Shown: positions 50,040-63,103 of the stretch, piece by piece
Position numbering within the stretch: position 1 is the first letter of the stretch
Layout: every line of letters begins with the position of its first letter
DNA from: Narcine bancroftii
Taxonomy: Eukaryota
DNA: 64,000 nt
Direction of reading: 5' to 3'
Assembly: GCF_036971445.1 (NCBI RefSeq)
Contig: NC_091473.1
Coordinates: forward strand, 205,096,001-205,160,000
Made by a program: the position numbers and the translations under genes
Notes under the pieces: generated by a model
Seen by the model: only the letters and a program-made list of their open reading frames with translations
Database searches by the model: none
What the model was told of the DNA's origin: nothing

Positions 50040-53036
50040 TATATAACCATATAACCATTTACGGAGCAAAGGTCGTGTCGGCCTTTGGAGTCCGCACCGG
50101 TACAAGAACAACTCCACTAGCTCAAACCTCCCGCTCATCGCCAATAACCCGCCAACCTCCTCACCTCCATGTACACATCCAACCTTCTCTTGAATGACCG
50201 AAGGGACCCCGACGCAACTATCTCATTTGGTAGTTCATTCCATTCTGCCACCTCTCACTGAGTGAAAAAGCCACCTCTAATATTTCTCCTAAAGTGTTGC
50301 CCCCTTACCCTTAACTCATGGCCTCTTGTTCCAACCGCCCCTGCCCTCAGGGGAAAAAGTCTGTTTATGTCTAATCTATCCCTTTCATAATTTTAAATAC
50401 CTCTATCAAGTCCCCTCTCAATCATCTGCGTTCCAATGAATAAAGTCCCAATCTCCTTAATCTCTCCCTGTAATCCAGATGCTGTAAGCCAGACAACATC
50501 CTTGTAAACCTTATCTGCACCCTATCCACCTTATCTATATTCTTTCTATAATTTGGAGACCAGAATTGAGCACAGTACTCCAAACCTGGCCTCACCAATG
50601 CCTTAAACAGCTGCAGCATCACCTCCCAGTTCCTATACTCTATACTATGATTTATGAAGGCCAGCATACCATATGCCTTCTTAATCACCCTGTCTACATG
50701 GGAATCTACCTGCAGTGAACTCTGTACCATAACCCCCAGGTCCCTTTGCTCCTCTGTGTGCCTCAATGCCCTCCCCTTAACTGTATTTTTACTGAAATGC
50801 AACACCTCACACTTGTCTACATTGAATTCCATCTGCCATCATTCAGCCCACTCTTCCAAACAAACCAAATCCTTCTGTAATCCAAGAAAATCTACCTCAC
50901 TATCCACCACTCCCCCTATTTTCATATCATCTGCATATTTGGTTACCTAGTTAACCACACCCTCCTCTAAATCATTAATCTTCTTCTTTGGCTTGGCTTC
51001 GCAGACGAAGATTTATTGAGGGGTATGTCCACATCTGCTGCAGGCTCGTTGGTGACTGACAAGTCCGATGCAGGACAGGCAGGCACGGTTGCAGCGGTTG
51101 CAAGGGAAAATTGGTTGGTTGGGGTTGGGTGTTGGATTTTTCCTCCTTTGTCTTTTGTCAGTGAGGTGGGCTCTGAGGTCTTCTTCAAAGGAGGTTGCTG
51201 CCCGCCGAACTGTGAGGTGCCAAGATGCATGGTTGGAGGCAATATCAGCCCACTGGCGGTGGTCAATGTGGCAGGCACCAAGAGATTTCTTTAAGCAGTC
51301 CTTGTACCTCTTCTTTGGTGCACCTCTGTCTCGGTGGCCAGTGGAGAGCTCGCCATATAACACGATCTCGGGAAGGCGATGGTCCTCCATTCTGGAGACG
51401 TGACCCACCCAGCGCAGTTGGGTCTTCAGCAGCGTGGATTCGATGCTTGCGGATTCTGCCAGCTCGAGTACTTCGATGTTGGTGATGAAGTCATTCCAAT
51501 GAATGTTGAGGATGGAGCGGAGACAGCGCTGAATTAATATAAATCATTAATATAAATGATAAACAACAAGGGACCCAGCACCGATCCCTGAGGCACCCTG
51601 CTTGTCACAGGCTTCCAACCTGACATACAGTTGTCCACCATGACTCTGTGTCTATCTCCCAGCCACCTCTGAATCCATGTTACGATCTCTCTACTAATTC
51701 CTAGTGACTGAACCTTCCTTATTAACCTTCCATGCGGAACATTATCAAAAGCCTTACTAAAATCCAAATAGATCACATCCACTACTCTACCTTCATCCAC
51801 TTTTTTTGTTACTTCCTCAAAAAACTCAACAAGGTTCGTCAAACATGACTTTCCTTTAACAAACCCATGCTGGGTGCCCCTAATCAATCCCTGCCTATCC
51901 AGATATGCGTATATACTATCTTGAAGAATACCCTCCATAACCTTCCCCACCACCGAAGTCAAAACTTATTGGCCGAGAATTACTTGGCCTTCACCTACTG
52001 CCTTTTTTGAACAATTTAACAATATTTGCAATCCTCCAATCCTGTGGTACCACCCCCTCCTCCAGTGATCTTTGAAAAATCACTGTCAGAGCCTCTGCTA
52101 TTTGTTCCCTGACTTCCCTTAAAGTCCTGGGGAAAATCCCATCAGGACCAGGAGACATATCCACCTTAATTGACCCGAGAAGCTACAAAACTCTCACTTT
52201 ACTAATCCATATCCTTTCCATAACTAAGCCCTTTGCCTCTCTTATCTCATATAGCCCAATGCCCCTTTCCCTCGTGAATACGGACGAAAAAAAACATTCA
52301 ATATTTCTCCTATCTCATACGGTTCCTGACATAGTTCACTGGTCCCATCATCCAGTGCCCCTATTCTATCCTTAACCCTTCTTTTGATGTTCACATATCT
52401 GTAAAAACCCTTAGGATTCACCTTCGCCTTATTAGCTATGGACTCCTCATACCTTCTTTTTGCCTTTCTAATTTCCCTCTTAAGGTTCTTCCTGCAATTT
52501 AAGTAACGACCATACAATCCCTTGTTTTTTTTTATATTTGGTATAGGCCTCCCTCTTGTCCCGAACTAACTTCTTAATTTCACCAGAAAACCACGGCTCC
52601 CTCAAACCTTTAGTCTTCCCCTTTGGCCTGACTGGAACATAAAGATCCTGTACTCTCAAAATCTCACCCCTAAATGCCCCCCAAATTTCCTTTACATCCT
52701 TTCTGGCAAAAAGATCAGCCCACACAACTCTCTGCAAATTCCTTCTAATTTCTCCAAATCTGGCCTTCCCCCACTCGAAGACCTTCAACCTCAGACCCGA
52801 CCTATCCCTTTCCATCATTAAGCTAAAGCTAATGGACCCATGATCACTGGATCCAAAGTTCTCTCCAACGCTTACCTCCGTCACCTGCCCCATTGCATTC
52901 CCAAACGACAGATCTAAAACTGCTCCCTCTCTAGTTGGCGTCTCAACATATTGTTGCAAAACGCAATCTTGAACACAATGCATAAATACTAAGCCATTCT
53001 GCCCTTTTACTGACTGCATTTCCTAATCTATGTTTG
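50040..53036 (-). mobile_element. CR1 LINE ORF2, 5'-truncated, with (ATGGTTAT)n tail
   Basis: [54 protein letters not shown]. Confidence 0.92.
50980..51532 (-). mobile_element. RTE 3' fragment inserted in CR1 RT, 12-bp TSD TAAATCATTAAT
   Basis: TSD at 50968-50979 and 51540-51551. Confidence 0.92.
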
Positions 53037-56000
53037 CGTTTTACAAACAAGGTTCAATCAATAATGCAAACAAATCTGGTGAGTTGATCGAGTTACCTTA
53101 AAAGATTCTGAAATAAAACCATTCGTCAATACTCTAGCTACCAGTTTACTTTCTAGAGCCCCAATCCAACCAATAAAAGAAGGACCAAACTTCTCCAAAA
53201 CTTTGAACAAAAAAATCCATTAAACTCTATCAAATGCTTTTTCTGCATCTAACGATATCACCATTGGATGATCTAAAGATTTTCGGAATCTATTAATCAA
53301 ACTAATCACTCACAAAATATTATCTGAAGCATATCTATTCTTTATAAAACCTCTTTGATCAATATGTATAAACTTTGGTAAAAATTTAGCCAATCCATTC
53401 GCTAATGCTTTAGGTATTATTTTATAATCTACATTTAACAACGAAATTGGTCTATGTGAAGATGCCTTCAAAGGATCTCTATCTTTTTTTTAAGGGATTA
53501 CTGTAATTAAAGCACTAGAACAAGACTCAGGTAAATCATAATATTCTCCAACTTGATGTAATATATCCCCAAACACTGTAGATAAATCATCATTAAAAAA
53601 TTTATAAAATTCAACCGAAAATCCATCATCACCAGGCGATTTACCATTTGGCATTTCCAGCATAGCCATTTAAATTTCCGAATCAGTAAACGGTTCTTCT
53701 AACTCCTGTATATCTCCATCCTCTAATATCGGTAAATTCAACTGTGATTTAAAAAATCAGTCGATCCAGTTTCCTGTTTTCCTTCAGATGTATATAACTT
53801 TTTTATAAAATGAATAAAATTCATCATTAATCTCATGAGGTTTATAAGTAATAAAAGAATTCCGTCTAACAGCATTAATAGTCCTTGATATCTGTTCTTT
53901 CTTTAATTGCCACGCCAGTACCTTATGTTCTTTCTCTCCCCATTTGTAATGCCATTGTTTAGTCCTATTAATCACACATTCAAATTAATAAGATTGTAGG
54001 GTTTTATATTTCAATTTCAACCGAGATAATTCTAGTTTCTAATCTTCTGTAGCATCTTTCTGAAATTCCTTTTCTAACTCATCGATCTGTTTCTCTAATT
54101 CAAGACTCTGATTTAATCGATTCTTTTTTTATTTTAGAAGTATAACTAATTATTTGTCTTCTCAAATAGGCTTTCATAGCATCCCATAATACAAACTTAC
54201 TTTGAACAGATTTAGAATTTTCTTTAAAAAAAATTTAATTTGTTTTTTTCAAAAAATCAATAAATTCCGTATTTTTAACAACATTGTATTAAATCTCCAA
54301 CGATAAGCTATTTGAATTTTCTCAGAAGTTTCAAATGTAAAATATAACAGAGAATGATCTGAAATCACCCTAGTTTTATATTCCGCTTGTTGTATATTCC
54401 CTTGTAAATGTGCTGATACTAAAAAGAAATCAATCCTTGAAAACGATTCATGTCTAGATGAATAAAAGGAAAAATCTTTCTCTGTCAGATTAAGACGTCT
54501 CCAAATATCTACTAAATTAAGATCTTTCATCAATGCTTGGATCTGGATTTCCATCTTGGATTTTTTAACTTTCTTTGGAGATTTATCTAATAAAGGTTCC
54601 AAAACACAATTAAAATCACCACCAACTAAAATATTATCTTTAGCCTGTCCCAAACATAAAAATGCATCTGAAATAAATACTTCATCATGTGCATTTGAAG
54701 CATAAATATTAAGTAAAATCCAAAATCCACTAAAAATCTTACAATTCAGTTTAAGAATACATCCTGCCTTTTCCTCCATTGATTGTAATTCAAAAGATAA
54801 TGTTTTATGTAACAAAATTGCTACACCTTGAGCTCTAGAATTAAATGAAGAAAATTATACATGCCCAACCCAATCAATTTTTAATTTCACTTTCCTTCAC
54901 ATTCAAATGTGTTTCTTGTAAAAAGGCAATATCACTTTTCATTTTCTTAATATACGCCAAGAGTCGCTTATGTTGAATCGGACTATTTAATCCTCGAACA
55001 TTAAAAGTAGCAAACCTCAACATTGACATATCTACTATTATTGCTAAATGCCAATAATATCTTTATATAAGAACTCAAATCAACGTATATAGGCCCTCCA
55101 ATAAAAAAAAATCACAAATTAAAAACTAAGAAAAAAGTAAAAAAAAACAATAACCCTCCCCAAAAAAAAACTACCAAAAGGTAGTTATCCCCTAAACAAA
55201 AATTGGGTGTGGATCACCAACCAGTGGCTGATGACTAGTAGAGAACTTAATGCAAATCTCCCCCTCCCCAGCCAAACAATCAGTAACTTCCAAGTATCAT
55301 AATAACAAAAGAAAAAAATAAAATAAGAAAATTCTTCTTTTCATCCAAAAGACTCCAGTCTCAAAGTTCCCATTTTGGAAGAAGGTGGACTCTTTCCATT
55401 CCCATTTTTCCTATTTCTGCCATTTCTTCTGTTTCCAGAACTACAATTTTTTTCTTTAGGAGATAATGGTGAGCTTCGTCTTTGTCTTCTTATATCCGGC
55501 AATGAGTCAGCAAAAATCATTGCTTCACAATCAGTTTCAAAAAACCGAAATTGATAGTCTCCATAAACTGGATTAAATTGACATCGACGTTGAATGACAT
55601 CTTGACTCAGATCAGGATAAAAAAAAGACTCTACTATTCTGAACCAATAATGGGGTTTGTCGTCTCGCATTTTGTACTGCAAGTCGAAGTATTGCTTCTC
55701 TATCCAAATAACTCAGACATCGAATTATTACCGGTCTCGGGGGTTGACCAGCTGAGGGTATTCTTCTAAAAGCTCTTTGGGCTCTTTCCAGTGCCAATCC
55801 CCTGGAGAAACATTCTTGCCCTAATATTTTGTGGAATCCAGACTTTAAAGAAATGAAGAGGGTCTTGTCCTTCTATACCTTCTGGCAAACCAACAATTTT
55901 CACATTATTCCTTCTGCTTTGATTTTCCAAATAATCTATTTTTCTTTCTAGCTCCTTCTCATGATCTCCTAATTCTATGACTGATTTTTCCACCTTCAAC

Positions 56001-56618
56001 ACTTTTTCTGTGTTAGAAGTCACTTGTTGTTTACAGTCCAAAAAAGCAGTCTGAATTTTTTTAAATTCTTCAAAAGATGCATCCACACGTGCCTTAACCA
56101 TATTTAATTCTGTACTTATACCAGCATTCATTTGAACCATCTCATTCATTAGAGATTCAACATAGGTTGAATAACTGCATTTAATTGCATACATTGTGAA
56201 TCCGTAAATCTAGGGAGTCGCCGCTGGTCTCCCTCCCCTCCCACCCCCCCCCACCCCATCTTGTTGTCTTCTCATCCATTCGCAAACAAAAACGACTTCT
56301 TCAGATTGTAATGCTGCCTGATGCATTTCCTTTTTAGCCTCCACAGGCGGTCCTTGGGATTTAGGCAATGAAGAAACTGAGCCTGGGGCTGCTTCAAGTC
56401 GTCTAGGCCCCAAATCTTCAGCACTTCGAAAATGTATTTTCTTTTCAACTTGAGATTTAGTCTTTTTACCATTAGTGGCCATAATAATTCCTTAATACTT
56501 TAAACTAAAATTTAAAAAATTTAAAATTGGAAACAAAGGGTTAAAAACAGGTATTTAAAAGTCCAGCCAGAGAGGTCGAGATTGCACGTCGAGACTCTAC
56601 GCCATCTTACCACGCCCC
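53037..56618 (-). mobile_element. L1 LINE: 5'UTR, ORF1, ORF2 (EN and part of RT), 3'-truncated, decayed
   Basis: ORF1 LENQSRRNNVKIVGLPEG; ORF2 starts MSMLRFATFNVRGLN at 55029; GGDFN, SRIDFF, SDH; DAEKAFD. Confidence 0.92.
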
Positions 56619-56957
56619 ATCTCCAGCTTTAACCTAATGAAAGTTGACAATTCCCCAAAATGTTACCCTCTCCCTCGTATGTTCTCGCTCTGCTTACTCA
56701 TTTACACAGCCTGTGTTTATTAAACCTCCTCACGGTTTCTCTCTCTCTCTCTCTGTTACGTCGGACGTGGGATCGCGCTCTTATATGGTGGAACATTTGT
56801 AAAATATCCTTGCTCCGAAATGAGTCTTTGCATAATTTTCCTACTGAACTGTTGACTGATTCTATGCACCGTTCTGCCTGGTGAGACAGATTGGCCAGCA
56901 CTTATCCAACGAGATTCGTTCCGACCCGATGCAGTCCCATAATCTGTTTTGTTCCAG

Positions 56958-57263
56958 GGACGATTGGGAACGATTCAATGATTCAGGAACCCGCGGAATT
57001 GTCAGTCAATGAAGAGCAGATCGTATCACTGAGCTGCAGTTACTCGATGGTTGCTAACGCATATGTTTGGTACATTCAACGATCTGGAGAATCTCCCAAA
57101 TATTTGCTTGAAATCTACACGTCAGGAGACGTGGTTCCGCTCCTGATTGTCCGCAGAGAATATCGGATTCATTGGAGAAAAAGAGTCAGACATTCCACCT
57201 CAACATCACTAAAAGTCTTGTGAAGGATTCCGCGTGTGTCTCTGCGCCGTGAGACACGCACTG
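56958..57263 (+). pseudogene. TCR V pseudogene, paralogue of the 61019 V
   Basis: 1-nt deletions near 57140 and 57233; heptamer mutated to CGCACTG; nonamer deleted; no leader exon upstream of the L1 junction at 56618. Confidence 0.88.
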
Positions 57264-58149
57264 TTCCTGAGTTCAATCGGACGCTGGGGATCGGGGTCGC
57301 CCCTGACCACGGAATGGAAGGGACAGCGCGACCTTCCTGAAGGGCCTGATGAAAAGCCGAATTGCGGGAGATTTGCGCTCCTCTGAGCGTTTCTCTTTCT
57401 CTGAGTGCTCTTGGTCCGATTTGGAGGTTGGAAGTCAGGGGGAGAGGGAGAAATAGATAGGTATTTGTCAGTATATTGTAGGAAAATGAAGGAATGTTGG
57501 ATAGATGGAAGGTGAGAAGTTTTAAAAAAACTTAGCCGCGCGGGTGGGTGGGACTAACGATCCCTCAAACCTGTTATTGGTAAAATGAACAACTAGCTCC
57601 TTGGTTTTGGTGATATTAAGAGCACAATTGTCGTTCTCGAACCAGCCAAACTGGTTCTCGATCACCATCCTACATTCGGACTCATCGTTTCTATTTATTT
57701 GGGCAGCCCTGGTGGCGCCTTCAGCTAATTTGTAGATTGAGTTTGGTGTGAACTTGGCTGAACATCTATGAGTGAACATGGCTAAGGTTGAAGGGAGGGA
57801 GAGATTGGTACTGCTCTCTAAAGATTAACTAAGTGTAAGACGGAGTCCCCTCAAGGAAGGAAGCGAAAGAGAACACGAGAAGCGGCGAGAGGGTTCAAGA
57901 AAACAAATGAAGATGAAGGAAAGGGATGAGCGAGAGCGAAGAAGAGAGAGACGTTTGGTGTGTGAATATAGACAGGTAATACGTGGGAAAAAGAGTGAGA
58001 ATGAGAACGGCCAAAATTAATAACCAGGTTTCATTGGTTCTGTCACCATTGAGCCGATGTGTGAGGATGGCGCCCTTTTGTACCTCTACTGACGCGACCC
58101 CACTGACATATAGCGGGCGAAGACATTGAAATACGCTGCTGTTTATATT

Positions 58150-58610
58150 CATCCTGGTTTCCTTCCAATTCAGTTGTTTTCAGATTCTGTGGGCCGTTCT
58201 ACTTGGCGATCCTCTGTCTAATTGGTCAGCACGTGTCCCTCTCTGCTCAGACTATTTCTTCGCAGCTATGCACTGCATGCTTCTTTCCCGAAACAAATGG
58301 GGAAATGCTGTGACACACGGATATGGCCGCGGGAAGGCAAGAAGTGGCACTGACACTACTTATCGGACAAGTGTAACCTAATATTTTTGAGTCGTTACAA
58401 TTCCAGTGGACCGTGAGATCTTGGATATAACATACGATTCGATGCGCTTCGGTCTCATTATCGTCCGGACAGGATGATGGTTCCTTTGGAGAAAAGGGCC
58501 TGGATATTCCACCTCAATGTTTCGAAAGCTCTTGAAGCGGAATTGGCCGTGTATCTCTGCGCGGTGCGGCTCAAACTGTTCTTTGGAAATTGCGGAGTTG
58601 CACAAAAGCT
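58150..58610 (+). pseudogene. Eroded TCR V pseudogene (second subfamily) with degenerate RSS
   Basis: Leader relic (gattctgtgggcc); FR3 FHLNVSKALEAELAVYLCAVR; CAAACTG-23-ACAAAAGCT. Confidence 0.8.
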
Positions 58611-58679
58611 GATTCTGAAATCGGATGTGGGTGGAAACAAAACCGGAGACAGAGGACGCGAGACTCAGAGTGAGGCAGT

Positions 58680-60060
58680 CATATGGCAACTCGATCACAC
58701 TACCGCCACTCTCTGAGTGGAGGTTCCCTCTCAACCTTTCCTCTTTCAACATAAAGCTATGTCCAGTTGTCGTCATCTATCCAAATCTAAGTGGAAAGAG
58801 CCTACTCAATTTTACAGTGTCTACAACTCTCTTAAATTAGTAAATCTCAATCAAACATCCCCTTATTCCTCTACGCTAGAAGTCCTAACCTGTGTAATCT
58901 TTCCCTGTTATTCAACTCTTGAAGACTCGAAACATCGTAGTAAATCTCTCTCCACTCTTCCAATCTTAAATATACGCGTCGTATAGTTTGGCGACCGGAA
59001 GTGCACACAGAACTCCAAATATTCTCATATTTTCTATACTCTTCTCGTAGCTCATTAGCTCTTTGTTCCCTAAACACACTTTACACCTTCTTCACCAGAT
59101 CGCAAATGTCCTCGAAAGCCAAGGTTCCCTCTGTCTGTTATCTGTGACTTTAATCCTGAAAGGATGATGCACACTCCGCACTCTCAAAATGTTGCCTTTG
59201 AAGACCTTCCACTGACCGAACACATATTTGCCATTAAACAGATATTCCAGTCCACTCTTCCTCGATCCTTTCTTATTTCCATAAATTGGCCTCTCACCAA
59301 TTTATAATATTAACTCGACGGTTAGACCTGTCTATATGCATAAGTAAATTGAAAATAAGGACATAAAGTATTGCATCAGCTCTCGTTGGCACCTATATAT
59401 ATTGAATAAGAAATCTTTCCTGAACAGATTTGACAAACGTTAAGCCACCCAGCCCTTTTACCACATGGGGGTCCAGTCAATATATGGAAAATTAAAATCA
59501 CCTACTATCCCAACTTTCTGTTTCTTACATCGGTCTGCTTTCTCTTTTCAGATTTGCACCGTCAATTCTCTTGGACTATTGTACGGTCTATAATACAACC
59601 CTTTCAGTGTGGCCGCATCATACCCGTTGGTGAACTACATCCATATGGCCTCTGAGGACGAGGCCTGTCCTGTCTAATCTAACTCCTCCCCCTTTCACCC
59701 TCCCACATCATGTCCGAAAGAGAGAATCATGGAGCAATGTGCTGCCAGTCCTACTGCTCCTGCAACCACCTCTCACTAAAGGCAATAAAGTCGTGATTCC
59801 ACGCCTGAAAACCGCCCGCCTTTGTGGCAATACTCGTTGCATTGAAATAAATAGAACATTTCTATCGTGTGCAAACCTTTGATTTCTGTCTATACACGCA
59901 GTCCTCACATGATATTTATCTACGTCCACCTCACTATCAGCTGTCACAGTCTGGTTTCCCTCCCCCTACAAATCAAACTTAACCCTCCGGAACAGCATCA
60001 GCAAACCTGCCTGCAAGGATATAGGTCCCCTTCCAGTTCGGATACAAACCCCCTGTCGGA
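58680..60060 (-). mobile_element. Decayed CR1 fragments within the V array
   Basis: gaggttccctctcaac, cacagaactcc and aaaatcacctactatc relics. Confidence 0.55.
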
Positions 60061-60094
60061 TATATTTGCTGGAAAATCCGCAGCTCAGGGGTAG

Positions 60095-60260
60095 AGGGTC
60101 TGTCTCACTATTGGACGGACAGGATGAAGGGTTCCTTGGAGAAAAGGGGTTGGATATTCTAAGTCACTATCTCCGGAGATCCTGAAGTGGACTTGGCCGT
60201 TTGTCTCTGTTCGGTGCGATTCACACCCTTCCTGGGATATTGCGGAGGTACACAGGCTCA
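60095..60260 (+). pseudogene. 3' remnant of TCR V pseudogene
   Basis: FR3-like sequence (ttggagaaaagg..ttggccgtttgtctctgttcggtg); CACACCC-23-ACAGGCTCA; 5' part replaced by CR1 relic. Confidence 0.7.
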
Positions 60261-60674
60261 TTCTGTGATGGGATGTGGTTAGAGAGAAAAGGGGAGAAAG
60301 AAGTGGATAGAGCGTGTTGAGGATTGAGAAAGGTTAAGCAGGTGAAAGAGTGAGACAGAGTGAGGTAGAATCGTAGAAAGAATGAAGGGGTGAGACGGAG
60401 GAGTGAGGGAAAGCGAGGGAGGAGATACAAAGAGGGCAGGAGAAAGACGCGGGAAGTGGACAAAGAGGGAGAAACTGAGCGAAGGACGGGGAACGAGATG
60501 GGGAATGTCTTATCAACTCAGTCTGGTTGGTTCAATTATGGCCACACGAACCAATCCTGTGTGAGGTAAACACTCTCATATCTGGCCCAGGCGTCATTTC
60601 GCTGATAACATCGCCCCACCCTGGTACAGCGGTAACACAGGGAAATCTTCGCTTTAGACCTTAATCCGCGTACC

Positions 60675-61319
60675 ATGTCCCTCCTGAGTTGTTTGCTGAT
60701 TCTGTGGGCCTTTCTGACTGGTGAGACTGTCTGATTGGTCAGCGACGTCTATCCATTGTCTTTTCTCTTTGTATCTCCAGCTTTAACCTAATGAAAATTG
60801 ACATTTCCCCAAAATGTTGCTTCCGACTTGATATCGCGGTCTTATATAATCGAGCATTTGTAAAATATTCTTCCTCCGATTTGAGTCCGGGCATCATTTT
60901 CCTACTGTGCTGTTGGCTGATTGTTTGTGCCGTTCTACCTTGTGAGAGTGATTGGTCAACAAGTGTCCAGTGGGATCAGCGTCATCCCGCGCGATTAACA
61001 ACTTCTGTTTTGTTCCAGGGGCGAGTGGGAACGACTCAGTTAGTCAAGACCCCACGGAATTGGTGGTCTATGAAGGGCAGATCGTATCACTGAGCTGCAG
61101 TTACTCGAAGAGCCTGACGGCATATATTTGGTACATTCATCATCCTGGAAAATCTCCCAAATATCTGCTGAAAATCTACACGTCAGGAGAGGCGCTTCCG
61201 TCTCCAGATTGTCCGGAGAGAATATCGGGTACATTGGAGAAAAAGAGTCAGAAATCCCACCTTAACATCACTAAAAGCCTTGTGGAAGATTCCGCCGTGT
61301 ATCTCTGCGCAGTGAAGCA
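60675..61319 (+). CDS. T-cell receptor alpha/delta-type V gene segment, apparently intact (leader 60675-60720; V exon 61019-61319)
   Basis: Leader MSLLSCLLILWAFLT-G with phase-1 GTGAG donor. V exon DSVSQ..EGQIVSLSCSYS..WY..PGKSPKYLL..DSAVYLCAV. Followed by 23-RSS. Confidence 0.9.
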
Positions 61320-61358
61320 CACGCTGTTCCTGGGCAGTGGCAGATCCGTACAAAAAAC
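61320..61358 (+). other. 23-RSS (CACGCTG-23 bp-ACAAAAAAC)
   Basis: Heptamer and nonamer with a 23-nt spacer counted directly after the V exon. Confidence 0.9.
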
Positions 61359-61967
61359 GTAGCACACGAAATTTAATCGGACGCAGTGGGTCGGGGGCGC
61401 CCTCGATCACGGAATGGAAGCGGCAGCGCGACCTTCTTGGAGAGTCTGCAGGAACGTGGAGTGTGTGGAGATCTGCCCTCCTCTGATCGTTTCTCTCTCT
61501 CTGCGTGCTCTGTGTCTGAGGTGAGAGGTTGGAAGTCTTTAAGAAATAGACAGCTGTTTGCTGGAATATTGTACTTAAACGATCGATTGTTGTTTAGATA
61601 GATGGGAGGGAGAGGTTATCACTACTCTCGAAAGGTTAAATAAGTGTAAGAGGGAGTCGAATCGAAACAGAACGGGAGAAGCGGCGAGGGGGCCCAGGAA
61701 AACAAGAGGAGGTGATGGGAAGGGATGAGCGAGAGTGAAGAAGATAAAGACGTGGGAAGTGTAAATGTAGACAGCGAATCACGAGCGAAAATGACTGAAC
61801 ATGAGAACAGCCAACATTAATAACTAGATTCCATTGGTCCAGTAACTGCGCCCTATTGAGCCGATGTGCGAGGAGGGCGCCCTCTTATGTATCCTTGAGG
61901 ATGGGCCGCCACTGACGCGACCACCCAGTCTTCGACTAAAATGTTGAAATATTTGCTGTTTATCTTC

Positions 61968-62428
61968 ATGCTGGTTTCCTCCCCATTAAGTTATTTGTTG
62001 ATTCTGTGGGCCGTTTAGCTTTGTGAGCCTCTGACAGATTGGTCAGCGCGTGTCCCTACCGGCTCAGCGCAATTCTTCTCATATCTTGCACTGCGAGCTT
62101 CATTCCAGGAACAAAAGGGGAAATGTAGTAACACACGGAAATGTCTGCGGGACGCCAAGCAGAGTCACTGACACTACTTACCCCACAAGTGTTACCTTAT
62201 ATCTTTGGGACGTTAAAATCCCCGTGGATCGTCAAATCTTGGATATAACATCCAGTTCGATGTGGTTCAGACTCACGATCGTCCGGACAGGATGACGGTT
62301 ACATTGGAGAAAAGGGTCAGGATATTACATCTCAATATCTCGAAAGCTCTTGAAGCCGACTTTGCCGTGTATATATGCGCGGTGCGGCGCACACTGTTCT
62401 TTGGAAATTGCGGTGACGCACAAAACCT
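61968..62428 (+). pseudogene. Eroded TCR V pseudogene with well-formed 23-RSS
   Basis: Leader with in-frame TAG; deleted/frameshifted FR1-FR2; FR3 LHLNISKALEADFAVYICAVR; CACACTG-23-ACAAAACCT at 62390-62428. Confidence 0.82.
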
Positions 62429-62836
62429 GATTCTGAAATCGGATGTGGGTGGAATCAAAACGGGAGGAAGAGGACGGGAGATCATGTTAGTGATTGCGAA
62501 AGGCCGAGCAGGTGAAAATGTTAGATAGAATGAGCTAGAGGAATGGAATGAAAGAAGCGGAGAGAGGGAGCGAGGGAGGAGATAAAAAGACGGAAGACAC
62601 TGGGAATGTACAGATAGAGGGAGAAACCGTGAAAGGAGAGCGCGATGCAGAGTGTCTTCTCAACGCGGTCTGATTGGTTCACGAATGAGATCATCAACCA
62701 ATCAATCGTATGTGAAGGAAACTCATTCATTTCTGACCCAGGGTGTTTGTCCGCTCATAACATCGACCGACCCGTATTTCCCTATGTTCAGCTGTAATGC
62801 AGGGAAATCTTCGCATTTGACCTTAATCCGCAGATC

Positions 62837-63047
62837 ATGGCTGTTCTGTGTTTTTTGCCGATTCTTTTGGTCGTTTGGACTGGTGAGCATGTCCGATATG
62901 TTACCATCCCCAGTAGTCCACGTGTTTTTAACTTTAACATCAGTAAAGTTAGATGAGTTCCCCCGGAAGAATCAAACTCCTTAGCTCTCCCTCCGTTTAC
63001 TCGTTTACTCGTTCACTGTCTACGTACTGATCTACGTCGCGCGCCCC

Positions 63048-63103
<56 letters not shown>

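Noticed and set aside
56958-57263. Leaderless V as a NARTCR-supporting V-delta
   Set aside because: Leader loss coincides with the L1 junction, and the exon is frameshifted with a destroyed RSS.
61390-61415. CTCF-like GGCGCCCTC motif just 3' of the RSS
   Set aside because: Only half the motif matches and paralogous positions diverge; not supportable without a PWM scan.
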